Part shown: positions 6,269 through 12,977 of the stretch, piece after piece
Layout of the letters: each line of letters begins with the position of its first letter
Position numbering within the stretch: position 1 is the first letter of the stretch
Source of the DNA: a virus
Lineage: Duplodnaviria > Heunggongvirae > Uroviricota > Caudoviricetes
DNA length: 16,864 bases
Virus record (IMG/VR): IMGVR_UViG_3300039452_000031
Strand: one strand, 5' to 3'
Notes under the pieces: generated by a model
The model's database searches: none
What the model was told of the DNA's origin: nothing
What the model saw: the letters and a program-made list of their open reading frames with translations, nothing else
Program-made: the position numbers and the translations under genes

Positions 6269-8073
6269 CCATGTTCACCAATCAAGTTCTAGCCGTCACC
6301 AAGAATGGTAGCATCGGTTCTGCTACCCGTGTTGAGGCTTCTTCTGTTGCGCAGAATGCCGTCGGGTCGCTGACGCCTGTAAGCGGAAACACCTTCTTTA
6401 ACTCACAATACAACTACTTTTTTTCAGGTCTGCTGCCGGCAACGCCTGACCTTCCGGACTCTACAACCTTAGCCTACTTCTATCGTGATATCTACATGCA
6501 CGATAACGTAGCTGGCTCTTGTGTGGATATCCAGTCCTTCTTCCCTTTCTCGGATTGGGAACTTCGTGGTGTGGACGAAAAGGATCTGGTGATCTACAAT
6601 GACGCCCTAGAGCGCCTTAATCTGCGGGAACTCCTCCCGCAGGCGTCGGTGGCGTATATGACTGACGGCTTCTATGCTGGTTCCCTTGTCTTTGACAAGT
6701 TGGCCAAGAACTTCATGGACATCATAACGCATGATGCCCTTCAATGCGGTATCACACCCTCACCGCTAAACAACGTAGACGCCACGGTTCGAGTCTCGGT
6801 GTCGGGACCAATGCGAAGGTTTCTGGATTCGACTTCTGAATTTGCGCAACGTTACTTGCGTCAGATGCCCGCCGGCTTGTTGGACCGTCTCAAAGAAGGT
6901 TCGTTTATCCTAGATCCGGTGACTACGCTGTTCATCCCGCGTAGAGGTCTCACAGACCGAGCATATATGTCCTACCTCCATCGGATACTTCCTATGTATC
7001 TGATCGAGAAGACCATGTATAGAGGTACATTGATTGAAGCCAACAGGCGTCAACGTGCAATGTCCCACATTACGGCCGGTGACGACATTTGGACGCCTAC
7101 TAGTGCAGAACTCGGTCAGTTGGTTGCCCAGTTCCAAACCGCTGAGATGGATCCCTTGGGCGGATGGATCACAACACGCAACGCTGTTCAGGTTCAGGAT
7201 CTTCGCCCTGGTGGCGACTTCTGGAAGTGGACGGATATGTCGGATGTCCTGACTCAGTACAAGCTACGTGCCCTGGGTATCTCGGAAGCCTTCCTGTCTG
7301 GTGATGCTTCCTATGCTGCCGCTGAGTCTGCTTACTCCTCATTCCTCGAAACCGTAAACGGTCACCGAACCCACCTGACGAATGCCATCTTCTACAAGAA
7401 GATTTTCCCTCTGGTCGCGGTTGCGAATAAGATGTTTAAGGACCCGAAGAAGGTTAGGGCTGGTGAGTCTATTGTGGCCTACCTCATGAACTCCGCCAAC
7501 AAGGCTAACCTTCGCCTTCCGACCCTACACTGGCACAAGGACCTGACCGCCAAGGCTGAAGATAACACGATGGACATGCTGGAGAAGCTGGAGACCCACG
7601 GTGTTAGCATTCCGTCCAAAATGTGGCTTGCGGCTGCAGGCGTTAGCAAGGACGAGCTGATCCGTGATGCCAAGGAAGACAAGGAAATCAAGGAGGCGAT
7701 TGCCAAGTACATGGGGCCGCCACCTCAGCCGCAAGGAGGAGATGACGAGTTTGAATCTGGTGAAGGTGGTGAAGCGCCTCAAGGTCCACCAGAATCGCAG
7801 ACACTGACCTCGGCTAGCGTTAATGCTGGCCTTGCAAGAGCAAATCGCATGGCCTTCCTGAATCGGAATTTCGAGGCCCAGGACATGTACGCCACTACGG
7901 TAACGGGCAAGAAGAAGCATGTCCTGAACCAGCACACAAAAATGAAAGCGGTGCATGCGCAGATTGCACACATTGCTGCCCGTGCCGCTAAGGATCCGCA
8001 CTACAGGGCTGAATTGGCCAAGCGCAATCAGGAACGCCTAGGGCGCACGACCTTAAAGGATCTTGTGCCCTAA
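6265..8073 (+). CDS. Probable portal protein (start TTG 6265 or ATG 6271)
   Basis: 602 aa near terL. Portal-like layout: N-terminal YRDIYMHDNVAGSCVDI helix, late KLRALGISEAFLSG motif, LHWHKDL strand, acidic/Pro-rich C-terminal region. Assigned by pattern and context. Confidence 0.72.
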   Translation: MTMFTNQVLAVTKNGSIGSATRVEASSVAQNAVGSLTPVSGNTFFNSQYNYFFSGLLPATPDLPDSTTLAYFYRDIYMHDNVAGSCVDIQSFFPFSDWELRGVDEKDLVIYNDALERLNLRELLPQASVAYMTDGFYAGSLVFDKLAKNFMDIITHDALQCGITPSPLNNVDATVRVSVSGPMRRFLDSTSEFAQRYLRQMPAGLLDRLKEGSFILDPVTTLFIPRRGLTDRAYMSYLHRILPMYLIEKTMYRGTLIEANRRQRAMSHITAGDDIWTPTSAELGQLVAQFQTAEMDPLGGWITTRNAVQVQDLRPGGDFWKWTDMSDVLTQYKLRALGISEAFLSGDASYAAAESAYSSFLETVNGHRTHLTNAIFYKKIFPLVAVANKMFKDPKKVRAGESIVAYLMNSANKANLRLPTLHWHKDLTAKAEDNTMDMLEKLETHGVSIPSKMWLAAAGVSKDELIRDAKEDKEIKEAIAKYMGPPPQPQGGDDEFESGEGGEAPQGPPESQTLTSASVNAGLARANRMAFLNRNFEAQDMYATTVTGKKKHVLNQHTKMKAVHAQIAHIAARAAKDPHYRAELAKRNQERLGRTTLKDLVP

Positions 8074-8080
8074 TTTTATG
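8072..8080 (+). promoter_or_regulatory. AATTTTATG intergenic motif, copy 2 (candidate late promoter element)
   Basis: Identical to 3238-3246. It overlaps the portal TAA and precedes the next gene block. Confidence 0.45.
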
Positions 8081-8109
8081 CACGTAAAGGAAAACAGCGA
8101 GGACAGGGC

Positions 8110-8367
8110 ATGAAAATCCTAGCCGCATTCAGACTCATGGCAACCGAAGGTTCGACCGAAGCCCCCAAGGCTGAGGATCAAGCCAAGGAACAGCTCAACA
8201 AGAAGATTGAAGAAAAGCGGGAACAGGTCAAGCAGTTGAAGAAGAGCATGCCGTCCCGTCAAAATCGAACCGCTCAGTCACCTCATCAGAAGTGGACTAC
8301 TCAGAAGCGAATTGCAGACGAGAAGGGTCGAATCGCTGACCTGGAATTGCAGAAACAAGGCAAGTAA
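8110..8367 (+). CDS. Small basic coiled-coil hypothetical protein, 85 aa
   Basis: K/E/Q-rich heptad-like sequence after an N-terminal MKILAAFRLMA leader. Co-oriented and tightly packed. Confidence 0.75.
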   Translation: MKILAAFRLMATEGSTEAPKAEDQAKEQLNKKIEEKREQVKQLKKSMPSRQNRTAQSPHQKWTTQKRIADEKGRIADLELQKQGK

Positions 8368-8370
8368 ACC

Positions 8371-8616
8371 ATGTACTCTTTTCTGATTGCGCGAATCAAG
8401 CCCGAGGAAGCATACGATTTTTTTACCTATAAGGGTAAGGAGCCGGTGACCGTTGAGTTTCGAGGCAAGCCGATTCAGATTGCGAAGGGCACGAGGTTCG
8501 GCGTTCGGCCTTCATCGAACGGTAAGCATATCCGCCTTATCTTTCCGTCCGACCCAAACCGTGTGATGACCATTGATAGGGCGGTGGCCGAGAAATTGGC
8601 CAAGGGGGCCAAATGA
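8371..8616 (+). CDS. Small beta-rich hypothetical protein, 81 aa
   Basis: ATG 3 nt after the previous stop, and ATGA overlap with the next gene. Alternating beta-strand pattern (FTYKG..VTVEF..IQI.KG.RFGVR..HIRLIF). Confidence 0.75.
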   Translation: MYSFLIARIKPEEAYDFFTYKGKEPVTVEFRGKPIQIAKGTRFGVRPSSNGKHIRLIFPSDPNRVMTIDRAVAEKLAKGAK

Positions 8617-9056
8617 GTCATCCAATCGGAATCGTCTACGACAAGATGAGCAGTCAGGTAGAGATTCAGATCCTCAAGGACTTGATGCTGCTGTCTCGGC
8701 AATGGGACATCAAGTATGTGGATGAGGGTCAGAAGCTAGACCCCTCTTTAATGGCTCAAGCTGGGTTGGAAGCCTCCGATGATATGCCGACCATGTGGTT
8801 GGTATACAAGACGGGAGCTTCGTACCCTCCGGTGCCTGTGGAATTTGAACTCGGTGAGGCACAAACACCTGTGGTTTACCGTGACCTTGAAGTCAAGATC
8901 AGTGAACCTCGCATCGACGGTACGCCACGCAGCGGCCACTACTTGAAAGAGCAGGGGCGTGACGGTGCGGACCTAACGGATCTCTATCTCAATCGACAGT
9001 ACCCTCGTGGTAAGGGACTGTCTGACGCGATGATTGTTTACCTCTGGGGCAATTAA
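8613..9056 (+). CDS. Hypothetical protein, 147 aa
   Basis: ATGA overlap with the upstream gene. The C-terminal LTDLYLNRQYPRGKGLSDAMIVYL resembles GNAT motif A, but the domain would be incomplete. Confidence 0.75.
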   Translation: MSHPIGIVYDKMSSQVEIQILKDLMLLSRQWDIKYVDEGQKLDPSLMAQAGLEASDDMPTMWLVYKTGASYPPVPVEFELGEAQTPVVYRDLEVKISEPRIDGTPRSGHYLKEQGRDGADLTDLYLNRQYPRGKGLSDAMIVYLWGN

Positions 9057-9161
9057 GCTGAACCTTTCCTAGGTAGGCTGCCCGATCCTCAATCCTGGCG
9101 AACTGGCTGGTCGACCAAGGTTCAAGCTCAGCCATTCTTCGCCTTCTCAAGGCACTCTCCC

Positions 9162-10046
9162 ATGTCTGCTATTACGGATATCATTGGCAACGCCAAGTCG
9201 GCGGTCACCATTGGTGCCAAAGGTCAAGCACAATCTGCGCTAGGTCAGTTAAGTCAAGGCGACATAACGGGCGCCATTCAGACACTGGCTCAGGCTCCGC
9301 AGTCTATCCTCAGCTCCTACGGCGCTTCTGGTGGTGTCAATCCTGGCGATGCCCTTCGTGGTCTAAACGCCCGAGAGGACGCGGTTCAGAACTGGTGTTG
9401 GTACTGCATGATGCCGGACCTGGTTTCACCAGGAGCTACGCTAGGTCAGTTGGCTGCCTATGTCACTCCAGCTAATCTAGGCTCTTCTGGGTCCCTTAGT
9501 AGAACTATTAGCCTCCCTTGGTACTACATTCCGATTGCTAACGCCCCTTTCAGGTCCTTTGAAGCTGACAGCGTACAACGCAATGCCCACCCGACCTACT
9601 TCCCTGGTTCCTACTCGGTATCAGACTTGAACCTCTCCTTCTTTATGGACAGTTCGAGTAAGGCTCATATGTACCTGAAGGCTTGGCAGGCACTGGTGAT
9701 GTCAGACTCAGATCCTACCGCGTTTTCCAATCAAGGCCTTTTTGGCCTCCCTTCTCAGTACAAGAAGAACATCACGCTCTTCATCTTGTCGGTGACGAAG
9801 AAGCAACTCCTGCAGTTGAAGTACATCAACTGCTGGCCCAAAAACCTAGACGCCTTGGAGTTGACCTCCGACAGTAGTACCGGCCTTAGTCAGCCGGTCT
9901 CTTTTGCCGTGGAAGACGTGAAAGTGACTGTAAATAATGATAAGGGGCTGGTAGCTAACCTACTTTCCACTGCAAGCGGCTTTGCAACCACAGCTCTTAC
10001 GGGCGCCGTTCAAGGTCAACTAAATAAATTTGCCTCCGGAGGCTAA
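9162..10046 (+). CDS. Tail-tube-fold protein (T4 gp19/gp54-like tube or tube initiator)
   Basis: SDLNLSFFMD...YLKAWQALV...SQYKKNITLF...LKYINCWPKNLDALELTSDS...VSFAVEDV parallels T4 gp19 YKKSAIVRQY...IKGLWPTNVGELQLDWDSN...VTLALDYW. Confidence 0.78.
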   Translation: MSAITDIIGNAKSAVTIGAKGQAQSALGQLSQGDITGAIQTLAQAPQSILSSYGASGGVNPGDALRGLNAREDAVQNWCWYCMMPDLVSPGATLGQLAAYVTPANLGSSGSLSRTISLPWYYIPIANAPFRSFEADSVQRNAHPTYFPGSYSVSDLNLSFFMDSSSKAHMYLKAWQALVMSDSDPTAFSNQGLFGLPSQYKKNITLFILSVTKKQLLQLKYINCWPKNLDALELTSDSSTGLSQPVSFAVEDVKVTVNNDKGLVANLLSTASGFATTALTGAVQGQLNKFASGG

Positions 10047-11048
10047 ATGAATAACCCAACGCCAGGTTTCAGTTTCCCACAAGAAGTAGGAGACGCAGTA
10101 GACGCCTCACTGAAGGCAATTGCTAACTCATCGCAAGGTCAGGCACCGCTCAAGTCCGTTCGACCGGAACGACAAGCAGCACGGGAAGCCGTTATGCAGC
10201 CTGTAGTTCGACCCTCCGAAGTGGTTCAGAAACCGATGACCCCTGTGGCTTCAGTGCCGGCTACACCAATGGTGACTGCTGACTACGTCTCATTGGATCT
10301 GCCTTCGCGCTTCCACTACTACCCGTTCAAAGACCTGTACATTAAGCCCTTCCGTGCCCCGCATTTGGCCAAGATGGCCAAGGTTGATGCAACGGCATCC
10401 TTCCAACTCATGGCCGAGGTTGTGGGATCGGTGTTGGCCACCCACGAACACGGCCCGGACGTGGTCTTCGATCTGACCATGAACGACTTTTATGCGGTTC
10501 TGTTCTGGCTCCGTATGAACAGTTACGCCAAGCAGTCGATGAGGTTGACCAGCGAATGCGCGAATCCGGAGCACCATGCTAAAGTGGACGCCAAGGAACT
10601 GGCCCCCGAAACGTTGAAGATCGATACCACGTTTACTGAAACGGCAATTGAAGTCAACTACCTGGACGCTGTGCCGGACCCTGAGCACTACCACATCGTG
10701 GTCGATGGGGTTCGTATCAGTATGCGCCCTGAGCGGGTTCGGGACTCGATTCAGTTCCTTGACCACCCGAAGTGGGATGACGAAGAGTTCCAGTACCTGG
10801 TTCGTGTAGGTACAGTCCTGGCCTTGGAACTTGCCTATCCTGATAAGGTATGGGATTTGGAGTCCCGAGTTGCTTTCGCAGCCGAACTTAGTGCTGAGGA
10901 TTCCCTTCGTGCTCTAGAGTTTGCGGATCTGATCAGCGAAAGCTACGGCCTGGTTCAAACGGTTGGTACCAAATGCAAGGAATGTGGCGCATCGGGAGCA
11001 GTTCGACTGCATCTCGATGCGCAATCGTTTCTTTCCCCGAGTTTCTGA
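10047..11048 (+). CDS. Baseplate hub / tail assembly chaperone (T4 gp26-like)
   Basis: LPSRF..YPF..LYIKPF, LTMNDFYAVLFWLRMNSY, SEC...H and C-terminal CKECG give the gp26-family pattern. Pro-rich N-terminal extension. SD GGAGG at 10038-10042. Lies just before the tape-measure-like genes. Confidence 0.7.
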   Translation: MNNPTPGFSFPQEVGDAVDASLKAIANSSQGQAPLKSVRPERQAAREAVMQPVVRPSEVVQKPMTPVASVPATPMVTADYVSLDLPSRFHYYPFKDLYIKPFRAPHLAKMAKVDATASFQLMAEVVGSVLATHEHGPDVVFDLTMNDFYAVLFWLRMNSYAKQSMRLTSECANPEHHAKVDAKELAPETLKIDTTFTETAIEVNYLDAVPDPEHYHIVVDGVRISMRPERVRDSIQFLDHPKWDDEEFQYLVRVGTVLALELAYPDKVWDLESRVAFAAELSAEDSLRALEFADLISESYGLVQTVGTKCKECGASGAVRLHLDAQSFLSPSF

Positions 11049-11214
11049 GCAGGAACTCCTGACCAGAACTCGACTTATTGCCCAAGAGTTTCATATCTTC
11101 GATGAGAACATGCTAGCTTCCCGGCTGTTCTTCCTGTCTGAATCGGTGACCGCTATTTGGGACGCCAAGAAGAAGGCTATCGAGAAGGGCGAGATTTACA
11201 TCGGCGGAGGTTGA
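11017..11214 (+). CDS. Short gp51-like / chaperone 'T' segment in the +1 frame, overlapping the chaperone 3' end
   Basis: Open +1 frame that fills the gap to the next gene: MRNRFFPRVSEQELLTRTRLIAQEFHIFDENMLASRLFFLSESVTAIWDAKKKAIEKGEIYIGGG. Its last codons contain the SD (GGAGG 11206-11210) for 11216. No well-spaced SD for ATG 11017. Confidence 0.65.
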   Translation: MRNRFFPRVSEQELLTRTRLIAQEFHIFDENMLASRLFFLSESVTAIWDAKKKAIEKGEIYIGGG

Positions 11215-11215
11215 G

Positions 11216-12976
11216 ATGGTTAGCAAGTCAGGCAAGGACGACAAAAAGAACTTGGCTACGGCCTTTGCCGAGTACGAAGAGGTCACGGAGACCGCAACTG
11301 TAGACCTGAAGGAGCTCATTGCGTCAGTTAAGGCTGCCTCTAAAGCTAAGACCGAGAAGACTAAGAAGACCAAGGTTAAGGCCGCCAAGGTAGCCAAGAA
11401 GCGAAAGCAGAACGAGGACAAAGAGTACGAGCTGACTCAGAAGGGTCTGGAGCTGGCCGACAAGTACGAGGCTGACCATAAGAAGGCTCTCGACGAAGTC
11501 CACAAGCTCCAAGTTCAGACTCCCATTAAGGAGACTGAGGCTTACCAGGCATTCGGTATCGCAATCCAAAAGCTGCGGGCTGAGATGCGGATGGCCAGGG
11601 TTGCCTTTGGTACGCTACCTAAAAATCGCATCAAAGAGCTGAATGACCTGTGGGAAGATGCGAAGGCTAAGTACCTTAAGGTTGAGCACGATTTCCATTC
11701 CCGAGACCTCGATGAGGAGCTGACTAGAACTGGTCAGGCCATTAAGGCCTTTTCTCGTGTTTCCCAACGGCAGACTACACTCTCCAAGGCCTTTGACTTT
11801 GTGGGCGACAAGCTCATTTCAAGGGACGAAAAGGGAGTCATTCAGCTTCGCAAGAGCTTTGGTTTGGCGGCCTCAATGGTAGGTCACAAGCTTGCCGCTG
11901 GAGGTGGTAAGGCTAAGGAATTCCTGAAAGACAAGACAGTTGGTGCAGCAGGGCGTGGTTACGACGCAGCCTTCAAGTTCATGGAGCGTCAAGCAGCAGG
12001 TAACGTCAAGGTTGTGGCCGCTATTCGCAAGGTCGACAAAACACTGCGTGCTACTGGCTCCGCGGTGGCTGCTGTAGGTAAGAATACCTTAGCTTGGGTG
12101 ACCAGCAAGTTCGGTAGCATGTTCTCCTCCATGTGGCGTTTCCTAAAGAGACCACTGGGTGGTGAAGATATGTTCCAGAAGCTTCTGGGTCTCGCCATTC
12201 TTGGCCCAACTCTCCTGGCCCCAATCTTGGAAGGCATCGTTTCCGAACTCAACAAGGAGTTTGGTGATGATTGGTTTAAGGGTATTGCCAACAAGCTTTG
12301 GGACAAGACCAAGAGCTACCTGCTGGACGCCGTCAAAGGTCTATTAGGTATTGGTAAGCCTGGACCTAATATGGCAGAGGCCCCTCCGGCTGCCACGATG
12401 TCTAGACAGGCAAACGTAGAGACCCGGTTGCTCTACAAGGCTCAGAAGGGGACAGAACCCATCATTCCTATTAAGGCAGGCGGTGCAGCTAAACCGCAAA
12501 GCCCTGAGCAGGAGATCGCAACCCATTTGGATGCCTACGACCACTCGTGGTTCGGGTTTACCAAGAACATTCAGAAGGATACGATCACAAAGTTGATTGC
12601 CTCAAACCCTGGGTTGACAATCAACGCGCCTCTATATGCCCGGCTGAAGGCCGCAGGCTTCAACGTCTCTAGCTTGCAAACACCCGGTGCCACAACTGCT
12701 TCACCCTCGGCTACAGCAGCGGGAGTCTCTACCGCATCAAGGCCTACGGCAACCACACCTAGTGTCACCGCTGCTCCTGCTCAGCCTCCTATGGAAAGTG
12801 CTGCGCCGGTAACAGCTCAGGCACCTGCGGCGGTCACTAAACAAGACACTACGGCCACGAATGCACCTGCAGGTCGAGGTATTGCTCCAGGTCTAGCCGT
12901 AGGTCAAATTCCAACGACCATGACAGGTGACGGTCTAAACGTTCATAACTTGGGAATGATGCACGGAGCGCAGTAG
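11216..12976 (+). CDS. Tape-measure-like protein 1, 586 aa
   Basis: Follows the chaperone pair. Long Ala/Lys-rich helical sequence, hydrophobic stretch LLGLAILGPTLLAPILEGIV, Ala/Pro/Thr-rich C-terminus. Length is similar to T4 gp29 (~590 aa). Confidence 0.6.
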   Translation: MVSKSGKDDKKNLATAFAEYEEVTETATVDLKELIASVKAASKAKTEKTKKTKVKAAKVAKKRKQNEDKEYELTQKGLELADKYEADHKKALDEVHKLQVQTPIKETEAYQAFGIAIQKLRAEMRMARVAFGTLPKNRIKELNDLWEDAKAKYLKVEHDFHSRDLDEELTRTGQAIKAFSRVSQRQTTLSKAFDFVGDKLISRDEKGVIQLRKSFGLAASMVGHKLAAGGGKAKEFLKDKTVGAAGRGYDAAFKFMERQAAGNVKVVAAIRKVDKTLRATGSAVAAVGKNTLAWVTSKFGSMFSSMWRFLKRPLGGEDMFQKLLGLAILGPTLLAPILEGIVSELNKEFGDDWFKGIANKLWDKTKSYLLDAVKGLLGIGKPGPNMAEAPPAATMSRQANVETRLLYKAQKGTEPIIPIKAGGAAKPQSPEQEIATHLDAYDHSWFGFTKNIQKDTITKLIASNPGLTINAPLYARLKAAGFNVSSLQTPGATTASPSATAAGVSTASRPTATTPSVTAAPAQPPMESAAPVTAQAPAAVTKQDTTATNAPAGRGIAPGLAVGQIPTTMTGDGLNVHNLGMMHGAQ

Positions 12977-12977
12977 C

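Noticed and set aside
6084-6311. 75-aa plus-strand ORF in the pre-portal gap
   Set aside because: It has a TTG start without SD, overlaps the portal by 47 nt out of frame, and has Cys/Ser/Arg-rich non-protein-like composition.
10963-11016. TTG start at 10963 given in the ORF track for the chaperone-overlapping ORF
   Set aside because: It lies deep inside the chaperone's conserved CKECG region with no SD. ATG 11017 or a frameshift is more plausible.
12680-12870. Ala/Pro/Thr-rich stretch as a DNA tandem repeat or CRISPR-like array
   Set aside because: There is no fixed-length nucleotide repeat or spacer structure. It is protein-level low complexity.
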